64,000 nt of DNA from Flavobacteriaceae bacterium (lineage in GTDB: Bacteria; Bacteroidota; Bacteroidia; Flavobacteriales; Flavobacteriaceae). This document shows positions 47,063 to 57,850 of the stretch, piece after piece; position 1 is the stretch's first letter; each line of letters begins with the position of its first letter. The position numbers and the translations under genes were made by a program. Location: contig CANFHF010000009.1 in NCBI GenBank assembly GCA_947446635.1, forward strand, positions 494 to 64,493, read 5' to 3'. A model generated the notes under the pieces. That model made no database searches. It was given only the letters and a program-made list of their open reading frames with translations, and was not told where the DNA came from.

Positions 47063-47855
47063 TCCATTTCCAGGTATTAAGTTGTTGTATGGCATGGTGC
47101 GCAGTCAAGTCAAACTGCACCGGAACTACTGAAACATAGCCATTGGCCAATGCCCATTCATCGGTGTCTTCTCCTTTGTCTTGATTTACAAATTCACCAG
47201 TCAGCCAGTAATAATCCCTTCCTTGTGGTGTTTTTCGTTTGTCGAATTTCTCCATCCAAATGGCTTTTGCCTGCCTACAAATTTTTATGCCTCGAATTTC
47301 TTTTTCTTTCAATTTTGGAAAATTAACATTCAAAACCACACTTTCGGGAAGACCATTTTCCAGAACTCCAAGGGTGATGGTTCGAATAAATGATTTTATA
47401 GGTTCAAAATTGGCATTCCAATCGTAATCCAACAAGGAAAAACCAATAGCGGGAATGCCTTCGATACCGGCTTCAACTGCAGCACTCATCGTTCCGGAAT
47501 AGATGACATTTATCGAAGAATTAGATCCGTGATTAATCCCTGACACACACAAATCCGGTTTTCTTTTCAGGATTTCATTTACCGCTAGCTTGACCGAGTC
47601 CACCGGAGTTCCGGAACAGCTGTATTCTAGAATGGGGTCGTTATCTTTAGAAATCTTGTTGATATATAAGGTGTCGTTTATGGTAATGGAATGACCCGTA
47701 GCACTTTGGGCGCTATCAGGAGCCACCACCACCACTGTCCCTATTTCTGACATAACGGCGATTAATGCCCTGATTCCGGGAGCCAAAATCCCGTCGTCAT
47801 TGGTTACTAGGATTAAAGGCTTGGTCTTTTTTTCTGGGGATGTTTTCAAAATCAT
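47055..47855 (-). CDS. surE: 5'/3'-nucleotidase SurE
   Basis: LVTNDDG, VAPD..QSA, SGTPVD.V, SGINHGSN, YSGTMSAAVEA. Confidence 0.97.
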   Translation of the reverse strand: MILKTSPEKKTKPLILVTNDDGILAPGIRALIAVMSEIGTVVVVAPDSAQSATGHSITINDTLYINKISKDNDPILEYSCSGTPVDSVKLAVNEILKRKPDLCVSGINHGSNSSINVIYSGTMSAAVEAGIEGIPAIGFSLLDYDWNANFEPIKSFIRTITLGVLENGLPESVVLNVNFPKLKEKEIRGIKICRQAKAIWMEKFDKRKTPQGRDYYWLTGEFVNQDKGEDTDEWALANGYVSVVPVQFDLTAHHAIQQLNTWKWND

Positions 47856-48040
47856 TTTTTTAAATTTTCAAAAAAGTGGAAGCCATACAAATGTCTTCAG
47901 CAAACAAAGAAAACAAAATTAATTTACTTGAATGATTAATCCCGAAACAAAAAAAACAATTTTATATCTTTAACAAAATTTTATGTGAGCCTTGTATTTG
48001 TTGGCATAGTTTTTACCGTAATTTAGTTTTTTAAATATTT

Positions 48041-50299
48041 ATGAATACTATTGTTAATTTTATGAAAAGAAATTATAAAATACTCCTTGTCATTCTATGT
48101 CTTTCGGTGACCCTATTTGCGTTTAAAATAGAGTCGAGCAAAGATGCTGATCCAGGAAGAGATAAAATGCTTTTAGAGTTATTGACTTTTGTGATTGAGA
48201 AAGGGCATTATAGTCCTGCGGTAATAGACGACACCTTCTCTAAAGGGATATATAAAGATTATATTCAGGCGTTGGATCCTTCTAAGCGATTTTTTCTCCA
48301 ATCAGACATTGACGAATTTTCGAAATTTGAAACGGAATTGGACGACGAGTTGCTTAATAAGGACTTGACTTTTTTTGACCTTACTTACAACCGTTTGAAA
48401 AAGAGGATGGCAGAGAACCAAAAACTCTACAAAGAACTATTGGCTAGCCCTTTTGATTATTCGGTTGATGAGACTTTTAATACCGATTATGAAAAGGCGC
48501 CTTATGCCCAAAATGCAGAAGAGTTAAAAGAAAGATGGCGCAAACAAATAAAATTGTCATCATTGTCATCATTGGTTGATCGTTTAAATATTCAGGAAAA
48601 TAAAGAGAAAGGGATTGTTGATAAAGATCCTAAAAGCACTTCAGATTTATTAAATCAAGGGGGATTCCAGAATTCTGTAGAGAAGGAAAAAACAGATAAA
48701 ACTCTTGATAGCGGCAAACCAAAAACTTTTGAAGAACTAGAAAAAATTACCCGTGAAAGTACCGCAAAATCTTTGGACGAGTATTTTGGATTCATGAAAG
48801 AATTAGATAGAGAGGATTGGTTTTCGATCTATGTCAATTCAATTGCAGCTCGTTTTGATCCACACACTAGTTATTTCGCCCCCGATGATAAAGAACGTTT
48901 TGACGTGAGTATCAGCGGAAAATTTGAAGGAATTGGGGCCCGTCTTCAAAAGAAGAATGACTTTACCGAAATTACGGAACTGATATCTGGAGGTCCAGCT
49001 TGGAGAGGAAAACAACTCGAGGCGGGTGATGTACTATTGAAGGTGGCTCAAGGAAATAATGAACCAGTTGATATTGTTGGGATGCGTTTGGACGATGTGG
49101 TAAAAAAAATTAAGGGACCTAAAGGTTCCGAAGTGCGTCTTACCGTTAAGAAAGTAGATGGAACGATTAAAACCATTTCTATCATACGCGATATTGTCGA
49201 AATCGAAGAAACGTATGCAAAATCTAGCGTTGTAGAAAGAAACGGAATGAAATACGGGGTGATTTATTTGCCAAAATTCTATATTGATTTTGAAAACAAA
49301 GATGGTAGAGATGCCGGTAAAGATATTGCCATAGAAGTAGAATCCTTAAAAAAAGCAGGGGTCAATGGAATAGTATTGGATGTTCGGGATGATGGTGGTG
49401 GATCCTTATCTACTGTTGTAGATATTGCAGGATTGTTTATCGAGCAAGGACCCATTGTACAAATAAAATCGGCGGGAAAAAAGAAAGAGGTGCTGTTTGA
49501 CCGAGATAAAAAAATCGAATGGGACGGTCCTTTGGTAATCATGGTTAATAATTTCTCTGCATCGGCATCCGAGATTTTGGCAGCCGCTATTCAGGATTAT
49601 AAAAGGGGAATTATCCTTGGGAGTAAGCAAACTTATGGTAAAGGAACGGTGCAAAACGTGATTGATTTGAATCAATTTGTACGCAGTAGCGACATGGGGG
49701 ATTTAGGAGCTTTAAAAACCACCACTCAAAAATTTTATAGAATAAATGGAGGTTCTACCCAATTAGATGGTGTGAGTAGCGATGTGGTTATGCCCGATAA
49801 ATACTCCTATTTAAAAATGGGAGAGCGTGATGAAGATAATGCTATGCCTTGGGATAAAATAGATCCAGCCGAATATAATGTTTGGAATAAAACGGAAAAT
49901 TTTGATAAAGCAATCGCCAATAGCAAAAGAAGAATTGCCCAGAATTCTCGATTTCAGTTGGTTGAAGAAAACGCAAAATGGGTGGACAAACGAAGCCATG
50001 AATATGACTATAGTTTGAAATTCGATAATTTCAAGAAAGATCAGAAAAAATTAGAAGAAGCTAGCAAAAAATTTAAATCAATTGCTGATTATGACTACCA
50101 TCAAAAGTTTTCTTCATTGCCTTTAGAAGCAGCATTAATGGATAAGGACGCCTCTCTTAAAGAGAAAAGGGACAGATGGCATGAAAGTTTGTCCAAGGAC
50201 ATATACGTGGAAGAAGCTTTGAATGTGTTGGATGATTTGCAAGCTAAACCAGTTGTTAAAAAAAGTAATATAAGCAAAGGGAAGTTAGTTAAATCATAA
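48041..50299 (+). CDS. prc: Carboxy-terminal processing protease (Prc/Tsp, S41)
   Basis: DPHTSYF, PDZ GIGA, DVRDDGGG, SASASEI, YGKGTVQ. Confidence 0.95.
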   Translation: MNTIVNFMKRNYKILLVILCLSVTLFAFKIESSKDADPGRDKMLLELLTFVIEKGHYSPAVIDDTFSKGIYKDYIQALDPSKRFFLQSDIDEFSKFETELDDELLNKDLTFFDLTYNRLKKRMAENQKLYKELLASPFDYSVDETFNTDYEKAPYAQNAEELKERWRKQIKLSSLSSLVDRLNIQENKEKGIVDKDPKSTSDLLNQGGFQNSVEKEKTDKTLDSGKPKTFEELEKITRESTAKSLDEYFGFMKELDREDWFSIYVNSIAARFDPHTSYFAPDDKERFDVSISGKFEGIGARLQKKNDFTEITELISGGPAWRGKQLEAGDVLLKVAQGNNEPVDIVGMRLDDVVKKIKGPKGSEVRLTVKKVDGTIKTISIIRDIVEIEETYAKSSVVERNGMKYGVIYLPKFYIDFENKDGRDAGKDIAIEVESLKKAGVNGIVLDVRDDGGGSLSTVVDIAGLFIEQGPIVQIKSAGKKKEVLFDRDKKIEWDGPLVIMVNNFSASASEILAAAIQDYKRGIILGSKQTYGKGTVQNVIDLNQFVRSSDMGDLGALKTTTQKFYRINGGSTQLDGVSSDVVMPDKYSYLKMGERDEDNAMPWDKIDPAEYNVWNKTENFDKAIANSKRRIAQNSRFQLVEENAKWVDKRSHEYDYSLKFDNFKKDQKKLEEASKKFKSIADYDYHQKFSSLPLEAALMDKDASLKEKRDRWHESLSKDIYVEEALNVLDDLQAKPVVKKSNISKGKLVKS

Positions 50300-50324
50300 A
50301 GAATTTAATCTGACAGCTTAATCT

Positions 50325-50360
50325 AAAAACGCCCTAGAGATATTTTTAGGGCGTTTTTTT
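50325..50360. terminator. Bidirectional terminator between prc and rodA
   Basis: AAAAACGCCCTA...TAGGGCGTTTTT. Confidence 0.85.
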
Positions 50361-50497
50361 GTAAACCTATTATAATTTGACTAGCAATATGTTTTTCGCT
50401 ACCATTGGTGTCAAAGGGGAAGTGTAATTAGAAAAAAGCTACACTTTAAAGTTGGGTTTCTTGGCAAACTATATTATTCTGACACCATTAGAAATAA

Positions 50498-51733
50498 CTA
50501 CCATTCATTGACTTTATTGGCATCCATTTTTATAAAAATAAAGAGCAAAATGGTGAATCCCCAAAGTCCCGAGCCTCCATAAGAAAAGAAAGGTAGTGGC
50601 ACTCCAATTGTTGGGAATATACCTAATACCATGGCAATATTTACAAAGAAATGAATGAATAAAATCCCAGCCACACAATAGCCATATACCCTGCTAAATT
50701 TTGTTTTTTGTCTTTCGGCTAGATAAATTATTCTAAGGAACAGCCCCACAAACAAACCAATTACAAATAAAGACCCTATAAATCCCCATTCTTCGCCTAC
50801 GGTTGTAAAGATATAGTCGGTATGTTGTTCGGGTACAAATCCACCTTTGGTTTGTGTTCCTTCCAGGAAGCCTTTCCCAAACCATCCTCCAGATCCAATA
50901 GCTATCTCGGATTGATTGGTATTGTATCCAATACCTTTTGTATCTACCGATTTACCCAGTAATATGTTAAAACGGTCGCGGTGATGCTGCTTGAACACAT
51001 GGGTAAACACATAATTTACTGACAGCACAAAACTAGAAATTAGCACAAAAAGAATACTGCTTAAAGCTATATTTCTTTCAGACAGCCTTGATTTGAAATG
51101 AACAAACACAAGGGTCACTAATGCCAAAATAATTACATATTGGGGTTGCATAATGAGCGTTAATACAAACAGCAAAATAGTCAAAAAACCTGTCCAAACA
51201 TACCAAGAAGGCAAACCTTCGCGATACAGAATAATAATAAAGATACTGTAGATCAAGGCGCTTCCTGGATCGGGCTGTGGTAATATTAGCATTACGGGTA
51301 AAAAAACAATAATCAATGCTTGTATTTGTCTATTGACATCCTTTAAATGGATTTGGGAATCACTTAAATATTTGGCTAATGCCAGCGCAGTTGCGGCTTT
51401 GGCAAATTCCGATGGCTGCAGCGTAAAACTTCCAATGGCATACCAACAGCGTTGTCCCGCTATAGTTTTACCAGCAACAAACAAACCGGCTAGTGATAGT
51501 AAGGAAATCCCGAAAAAGATGCTCGCATATTTTTCGTAAAATTTTCCGTCAACAGATAGTATAATAAAGATTAATGGAATCGTTAATGCAATAAAGATAA
51601 GCTGTTTTTCATAAGTGCCTTCCGTAGAGGATAACGAGGAAGAATAGATATTCAACCAACCCATGAGCACTAATAACCCATAGATAATGATACAGATCCA
51701 GTCTAGATTGTTGGTTATACTTTGATTTTTCAT
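50498..51733 (-). CDS. rodA: Rod shape-determining protein RodA
   Basis: LQPSEFAK, QPDPG, GYNTNQS.IAIGSGG, VPEQHTDYIF, LPFFSYGGS. Confidence 0.97.
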   Translation of the reverse strand: MKNQSITNNLDWICIIIYGLLVLMGWLNIYSSSLSSTEGTYEKQLIFIALTIPLIFIILSVDGKFYEKYASIFFGISLLSLAGLFVAGKTIAGQRCWYAIGSFTLQPSEFAKAATALALAKYLSDSQIHLKDVNRQIQALIIVFLPVMLILPQPDPGSALIYSIFIIILYREGLPSWYVWTGFLTILLFVLTLIMQPQYVIILALVTLVFVHFKSRLSERNIALSSILFVLISSFVLSVNYVFTHVFKQHHRDRFNILLGKSVDTKGIGYNTNQSEIAIGSGGWFGKGFLEGTQTKGGFVPEQHTDYIFTTVGEEWGFIGSLFVIGLFVGLFLRIIYLAERQKTKFSRVYGYCVAGILFIHFFVNIAMVLGIFPTIGVPLPFFSYGGSGLWGFTILLFIFIKMDANKVNEW

Positions 51734-51750
51734 TTTAAATGAATCGCTTA

Positions 51751-53682
51751 TTAATTTTCTTTAGCAGCATCTGCTTTTGGCAATGACATGGTTATATTCT
51801 TTTTTAGAATGGAATCCCTTTTTCTCATCTCAAGTTTAACAGCCGCAGATTGCCCGCCTAATTTTGCATAGCGATCCTGTAAACTTCTCTCCAGTATTCT
51901 TTTTTCCAAGTCGGTTCTCGTTATTTTATGTCTAAGGTATTTTTCAATCATCAAGCTGGCGATTGGCCCCGCAATTGTAGCTCCAAACCCACCATTTTCA
52001 ACCAAAATGGCTATGGCAATTTTCGGATTATCTTTTGGCGCAAAAGCTACAAAAATAGAGTGGTCTTCTAGTTTTGTTCTTACGCCGCCAATCTTAGCAA
52101 AATTTTCAGCAGTTCCCGTTTTGCCACAAATATCAATGCCTTCAACATTTAATCCATGCGCTGTGCCAAAATTATAAACATCAAACAACCCACTTATCAT
52201 AGGGGCAAAGTATTTTTTGTCTATTGAGGTTAGGTGTTTTGTAGTGTATTTAGGATCAATTTTCTCGCCTTTAATTCTCTTAATAATATGTGGAGTATAA
52301 TAATACCCCTCATTGGCCACGGCCGACATCATGTTGGCGAGTTGAATGGGTGTCGCCAAGACTTCGCCTTGCCCAATAGCATTAGAAACAATGGTTTTAC
52401 TATCCCATCGCCAATCAGGATACATTTTTTTATAGGTTTTTGAATCTGGTATTTTTCCTTTTCTACCCGTTGGTAAGTCGTATCCCATAAATTGTCCAAG
52501 TCCAAAACTTTTCACGTGTTCACTCCATATATCTACCGCATGAGGGGCGCTCACATATTTATTAATGGTTCGCATGTACACATTGGCAAAATAGGTATTA
52601 CAAGAATTGTATATTCCGTTATGTAATTGATGTGGCCCAAAACCATGACATTTCATGAAGCGCCCTCTGGCATAACTAAAACCATGATGACACATAAAAG
52701 TAGTTTGTTCATTTATTACTTTTTCTTGTAGCCCAACTAATCCGGTCATTATTTTAAAAGGAGATCCTGGAGGATATTCCGCCAAAAGCCCTCTGTCATA
52801 AAGTGGTTTTGCTATTGAATCATGGTACAATAAAGTGTAGTTTTTTGATCGTTGACGACCTACTAATATAGAAGGATCATAAGAAGGCGCAGTAATCAAA
52901 GCCAGTATCTCGCCAGTCTTGGGTTCGATAGCGACAATTCCGCCCCTCTTATTAATCATTAATTCCTCGCCATATTTTTGAAGTTCGAGGTCAATACTAA
53001 GATTAATGTCTTTGCCCTGAACCGCTACAGTGTCGAATTCTCCTTCTTTATACGATCCTATTTCACGATTGAACTTGTCTTTTTGATAATATTTTACTCC
53101 TTTTACACCACGCAGCACCTCTTCATAGCTTTCTTCAACGCCTTGTTTTCCAATTAAATCACCACTATTATAGTAAGGGTTTTTAGCAATTAATTTGTCA
53201 TTAACTTGGGTGATGAACCCAAATACGTTGGCTCCAAAATTTACTTGATAATCTCGTAGTGACCGTTTCTGAAAATAAAACCCTTCGAATTTTCGTATTT
53301 TTTCTTGAAATGCGGCAAATTCTTTTTTATTTAATTGGGCTAAAAACACTGATGGTAATCGAGGACTATACACTGTGGCCTTGGCAATTTTTTTAATAAA
53401 ATCTTCTTTGGTGACATCCAATAATTCACAAAACTCCAAGGTGTCTATGTTTTTTATGTCTTTTGGAATGACCATAATATCATAAGAAGGCTGGTTGGCA
53501 ACCAATAACTTCCCCTTTCGATCATAAATATATCCCCTTTCAGGATAATCATATTTTATTTTAATGGCATTATTGTCTGATTTTAATTTGAAGGTATCAT
53601 TAACCACTTGCAAATAGAATAATCTCAAGACCAATAATGAGGTTGCAATAATAATTAAGGAAGGGAACAAGATTTTTCTCAT
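51751..53682 (-). CDS. mrdA: Penicillin-binding protein 2
   Basis: PERGYIYDR, PPGSPFK (SxxK), SCN (SxN), GKTGTAEN (KTG). Confidence 0.96.
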   Translation of the reverse strand: MRKILFPSLIIIATSLLVLRLFYLQVVNDTFKLKSDNNAIKIKYDYPERGYIYDRKGKLLVANQPSYDIMVIPKDIKNIDTLEFCELLDVTKEDFIKKIAKATVYSPRLPSVFLAQLNKKEFAAFQEKIRKFEGFYFQKRSLRDYQVNFGANVFGFITQVNDKLIAKNPYYNSGDLIGKQGVEESYEEVLRGVKGVKYYQKDKFNREIGSYKEGEFDTVAVQGKDINLSIDLELQKYGEELMINKRGGIVAIEPKTGEILALITAPSYDPSILVGRQRSKNYTLLYHDSIAKPLYDRGLLAEYPPGSPFKIMTGLVGLQEKVINEQTTFMCHHGFSYARGRFMKCHGFGPHQLHNGIYNSCNTYFANVYMRTINKYVSAPHAVDIWSEHVKSFGLGQFMGYDLPTGRKGKIPDSKTYKKMYPDWRWDSKTIVSNAIGQGEVLATPIQLANMMSAVANEGYYYTPHIIKRIKGEKIDPKYTTKHLTSIDKKYFAPMISGLFDVYNFGTAHGLNVEGIDICGKTGTAENFAKIGGVRTKLEDHSIFVAFAPKDNPKIAIAILVENGGFGATIAGPIASLMIEKYLRHKITRTDLEKRILERSLQDRYAKLGGQSAAVKLEMRKRDSILKKNITMSLPKADAAKEN

Positions 53683-54185
53683 CTTCTATTCGGCTTAGTA
53701 AGGTATATGATTATCAGGCAGAGAAGAATGGTAAAAATAGAACTCAACAGGGTTCGAAGTAAAATGTCCCAAAAGAAACTGATTCGAAAAGTTTCTAGTA
53801 TAAACAAGATGGAGTGATGAATGACAACCGACAGCAATATAAAAGAAAATCTTTCGGGTGTTAGAACATCATTTAATTTTATGGTTTGGTATTCATAACT
53901 TAATCCGAAGGCAAATCGGAATAAATATGGTCTGTAATAGGCCAAAATGACACAGGCTGCTGCATGAATTCCACCTGAATTACTAAACATATCTAAAATG
54001 AGTCCGAGTAGAAAACTAGCAAAAAGCAATCCAAATTTATTCCCGTTAACTGGGTATAAGATGATGAAAAGAATATATGGGAACGGACTGATATAGCCCA
54101 AAAAATTCATATTATTAAAAATAATGATTTGAGCCGTCAACAACAGTATAAAACGAAAAATATTGACGAACAAAGTACTATTCAT
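53679..54185 (-). CDS. mreD: Rod shape-determining protein MreD
   Basis: Hydrophobic protein between mreC and mrdA. Confidence 0.88.
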   Translation of the reverse strand: MNSTLFVNIFRFILLLTAQIIIFNNMNFLGYISPFPYILFIILYPVNGNKFGLLFASFLLGLILDMFSNSGGIHAAACVILAYYRPYLFRFAFGLSYEYQTIKLNDVLTPERFSFILLSVVIHHSILFILETFRISFFWDILLRTLLSSIFTILLCLIIIYLTKPNRR

Positions 54186-55002
54186 TTTTCTCTCTCTTTT
54201 CTAGGTTTATAATTTCTTCCCGATCTTTACTTTTTATAATATACACGTGACCCAGATTAGTCATGTCGTTAAAAAGTTTTATGTCCAAAGTGTAATAATT
54301 GGTTTGATTGTCAATGTAAATTTTGTCAACAGTTCCGATATTAAGATTTTCTGGAAAGATAACCGATTGTCCGCCCGTTACAATAGTGTCCCCTTTTCGG
54401 ATGGCGGCTAATCTCGGAATGTCAATCAACTGAACAAAACCAGTGCTTTTACCGTTCCAAACTAACGATCCAAAGTGGTTTGATTTTTTAATTTTTGCGT
54501 TTATTTGAGACTTTATATTCAATAGGCTAATTACAGTTGCATACTTTGGAGAAGTGTTGTCTATGATTCCAACAATGCCCTGGCTATTGATAACCCCCAT
54601 GTCCGATTTTACGCCTTGCAGGCTTCCGGAATTGATAGTCAAATAATTTTCATACGAATCATAGGAGTTGTGAATTACTTTTGAAACGATGATATTCGCG
54701 GGACGCAATCCTTTTATACTATCCATTTTTGGGACAGAGGCGGTGTCTTTTGCATTAAAAAGAATACTTCTCAATGCTGCATTTTCTTGTGCAAGAGCAG
54801 CATTTTGAGTTTTTAAATTCAAATATTCACTAACGTTGTTGATTCTTTCATAGACGCCTCCGGTCAAACAATTAGCAGAACTGATTATTTTGCTTTTATG
54901 ATAGGAATGAGATTGAATCGTTAGGGACAACGAAATACCCAAAAGCAGCAAAAACAGCAATCGATTACTGTTTTTAAAAATAAAGTTAAATATTTGCTGC
55001 AT
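54178..55002 (-). CDS. mreC: Rod shape-determining protein MreC
   Basis: TM plus coiled coil, MGVINSQGIVG, GDTIVTGG..IFP. Confidence 0.93.
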   Translation of the reverse strand: MQQIFNFIFKNSNRLLFLLLLGISLSLTIQSHSYHKSKIISSANCLTGGVYERINNVSEYLNLKTQNAALAQENAALRSILFNAKDTASVPKMDSIKGLRPANIIVSKVIHNSYDSYENYLTINSGSLQGVKSDMGVINSQGIVGIIDNTSPKYATVISLLNIKSQINAKIKKSNHFGSLVWNGKSTGFVQLIDIPRLAAIRKGDTIVTGGQSVIFPENLNIGTVDKIYIDNQTNYYTLDIKLFNDMTNLGHVYIIKSKDREEIINLEKREKNE

Positions 55003-55078
55003 TGTGTAAAATTAAAATGTAAAATGCCAATTTATGCATCCAAAAGAAACTAAATTGGAATTTGAAATTTAGTCTTTG

Positions 55079-56107
55079 TTATTTTATAAGGATACTTTTA
55101 AATTTTTGTAGGTTTTTAAGCGCCATCCCCGTCCCTCGAACTACAGCTCTTAAAGGGTCTTCGGCGATATAAACGGGTAAATCTGTTTTTTGTGAAATTC
55201 TTTTATCAAGCCCTCTCAACATCGATCCCCCACCTGCAAGGTAAATACCCGTATTGTAGATATCCGCTGCTAATTCTGGAGGTGTTTGAGATAAAGTTTC
55301 CATTACTGCATCTTCAATTCGTTGAATTGATTTGTCTAATGCTTTTGCGATTTCGCGATAAGAAACAGCTACTTGTTTTGGTTTTCCAGTAAGTAAATCT
55401 CTTCCTTGAACCGACATTTCTTCTGGAGGAGTTTCTAAATCTTCTACGGCAGCTCCAACTTCTATTTTTATTTTTTCGGCAGTACTTTCTCCAACAAAAA
55501 GGTTGTGCTGGGTACGCATGTAATACACGATGTCATTGGTAAAAACATCACCTGCAATTTTTACTGATTTGTCACACACAATTCCGCCTAAAGCGATAAC
55601 CGCGATTTCGGTGGTTCCACCGCCGATATCAACAATCATATTTCCTTTAGGTTGCATGATGTCAATGCCAATACCTATGGCGGCTGCCATTGGCTCATGA
55701 ATCAAATATACTTCCTTGCCATTTACTCTTTCGCAAGATTCTTTCACCGCTCTCATCTCCACTTCAGTTATGCCAGAAGGAATACAAACCACCATTCTTA
55801 ATGCTGGTGTAAACATTCTTTTTTTCAATGCAGGAATGCTTTTTATGAGCATGCTAATCATTTTTTCGGAAGCATCAAAATCAGCAATTACCCCATCCTT
55901 TAAGGGTCTTATCGTCTTAATATTTTCATGGGTTTTACCTTGCATCATGTTGGCTTCCTTGCCAACGGCAATGATTTTCCCGGTAATTCTATCGCGGGCA
56001 ACTATGGAAGGACTGTCTATAACGACTTTATCATTGTGAATGATTAATGTGTTTGCGGTACCAAGGTCTATCGCAATATCCTCGGTCATGAAATCAAAAA
56101 ATCCCAT
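55079..56107 (-). CDS. mreB: Actin-like MreB
   Basis: IDLGTANT, RPLKDGVIADF, EPMAAAIG, DIGGGTTE, LAGGGS. Confidence 0.98.
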   Translation of the reverse strand: MGFFDFMTEDIAIDLGTANTLIIHNDKVVIDSPSIVARDRITGKIIAVGKEANMMQGKTHENIKTIRPLKDGVIADFDASEKMISMLIKSIPALKKRMFTPALRMVVCIPSGITEVEMRAVKESCERVNGKEVYLIHEPMAAAIGIGIDIMQPKGNMIVDIGGGTTEIAVIALGGIVCDKSVKIAGDVFTNDIVYYMRTQHNLFVGESTAEKIKIEVGAAVEDLETPPEEMSVQGRDLLTGKPKQVAVSYREIAKALDKSIQRIEDAVMETLSQTPPELAADIYNTGIYLAGGGSMLRGLDKRISQKTDLPVYIAEDPLRAVVRGTGMALKNLQKFKSILIK

Positions 56108-56161
56108 ACGTTTTTTTGGGTTTAATAGTTATAAATTTCTTAACGTACAAATCTAAACAAA

Positions 56162-57688
56162 TTAATGTTTGAAATGACGCGTTCCTGTAAATACCATTGC
56201 AACTTTATTTTCATTACAATAATTAATGCTCAATTCATCTTTTATAGACCCTCCAGGCTGAATCACAGCGGTTATACCCGCCTCTTTTGCCAAGGCGACA
56301 CAATCCGGGAAAGGGAAAAAAGCGTCACTCGCCATAGAAGCCCCTTTTAGGCTAAATCCAAAAACTTTTGCTTTCTCAATGGCTTGCAACAAAGCATCTA
56401 CTCTTGAAGTTTGACCTGTTCCAGACGAAATTAAAGTTCCGTTTTTAGCGAAAACGATGGTATTTGATTTGGTATTTTTACACACTTTTGAAGCAAATAG
56501 CAGGTCTTTAATTTCTTGTTCGCTAGGCGCAGTTAAGGTCACGGTTCGTAAGTCTTCTTTTGCGTCAGTGATGGCATTTCTTTCTTGAACTAAAATCCCG
56601 TTGAGGCAAGTTCGTACTTGTTTTTGTGGCAATTCCACTTCGTTTTGCACCAATATAATTCTGTTTTTCTTTTCCTGCAAAAGGCTAAGAGCGGCAGCAT
56701 CATAACTTGGAGCGATTACCACCTCGCAAAATAATTTGTTGATTTCAGTGGCAGTGGTTCCATCAATTTTTGTGTTTGCAATCAAAACCCCGCCAAATGC
56801 CGAAGTTGGGTCGCACGCCAAAGCGACAGCATAGGCCTCGCTAATGGTTTCTCTTGTTGCTAATCCACAAGCATTATTGTGTTTTAATATGGCAAATGTA
56901 GGGCCGTCATTTTTGAATTCAGCAATCAGATTTACCGCCGCATCTACATCAAGCAGGTTGTTGTAAGACAGCTCTTTTCCGTGAAGTTTTTGGAACATAG
57001 CCTCAAAATCCCCAAAGAAAAACCCTTTTTGATGGGGGTTTTCGCCGTATCTCAAAATCTGCCCATCGGCAATACTTACTTTATGAATCGTTTCGTCCGT
57101 GTTGAAATAGTTGAAAATGGCCGTGTCGTAATGAGAAGAAACATGAAATGCTTTTGTGGCAAACAGTTTTCTATTTTCTAATGTAGTAGCTCCGTTTTGA
57201 CGACTAATTAAATCCAAAAGCAACCCATATTCAGCAACAGATGGCACGATCACGGTGTCTTTGAAGTTTTTTGCCGCGGCACGAATTAACGAAATACCAC
57301 CAATATCTATTTTTTCGATAATGTCTTCTTCGCTAGCGCCAGAAGCCACCGTTTTTTCAAAAGGATACAAGTCCACAATAACCAAATCAATTTGCGGAAT
57401 ATTGTATTCCTGCATTTGCTGCACGTCGGATGCGTTGTCTTGACGGTTTAAAATACCACCAAAAACTTTTGGGTGCAACGTTTTTACCCTTCCCCCTAGA
57501 ATGGATGGGTAGGAGGTGACGTCTTCAACCGGAATCACCGGAATACCCAGATTTTTGATGAATTCTTCAGTGCCTCCAGTGGAGTAAAAAGTCACGTTTT
57601 GCTCGTGTAATTTTCGTATAATTGGTTCCAAGCCCTCTTTTGAAAAGACTGAAATTAAAGCCGACTGGATCGTTTTTGTAGTATTCAT
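56162..57688 (-). CDS. purH: Bifunctional AICAR transformylase/IMP cyclohydrolase
   Basis: GGRVKTLHP, IDIGG, LRYGENPHQ, KHNNACG, SDAFFPF, FTGTRHFKH. Start placed at ATG 57688. Confidence 0.98.
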   Translation of the reverse strand: MNTTKTIQSALISVFSKEGLEPIIRKLHEQNVTFYSTGGTEEFIKNLGIPVIPVEDVTSYPSILGGRVKTLHPKVFGGILNRQDNASDVQQMQEYNIPQIDLVIVDLYPFEKTVASGASEEDIIEKIDIGGISLIRAAAKNFKDTVIVPSVAEYGLLLDLISRQNGATTLENRKLFATKAFHVSSHYDTAIFNYFNTDETIHKVSIADGQILRYGENPHQKGFFFGDFEAMFQKLHGKELSYNNLLDVDAAVNLIAEFKNDGPTFAILKHNNACGLATRETISEAYAVALACDPTSAFGGVLIANTKIDGTTATEINKLFCEVVIAPSYDAAALSLLQEKKNRIILVQNEVELPQKQVRTCLNGILVQERNAITDAKEDLRTVTLTAPSEQEIKDLLFASKVCKNTKSNTIVFAKNGTLISSGTGQTSRVDALLQAIEKAKVFGFSLKGASMASDAFFPFPDCVALAKEAGITAVIQPGGSIKDELSINYCNENKVAMVFTGTRHFKH

Positions 57689-57850
57689 CGCGTAGTTAAA
57701 ATTTAATCGTGCAAAAGTAGTTTTTTTGGATAAAAATCCAATGAATTTGATTGACAATATTTTAAATATTCCTCTAAATTTTCCAGCAGAATTTCATTAG
57801 GTTCTTCAGAAATTTTTACGGAATTTTACACTTAGACAAAGCCAGTGTAT

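Noticed and set aside
50361-50497. Possible gene remnant or sRNA between the prc terminator and the rodA stop
   Set aside because: No ORF, repeat or convincing structure found by eye.
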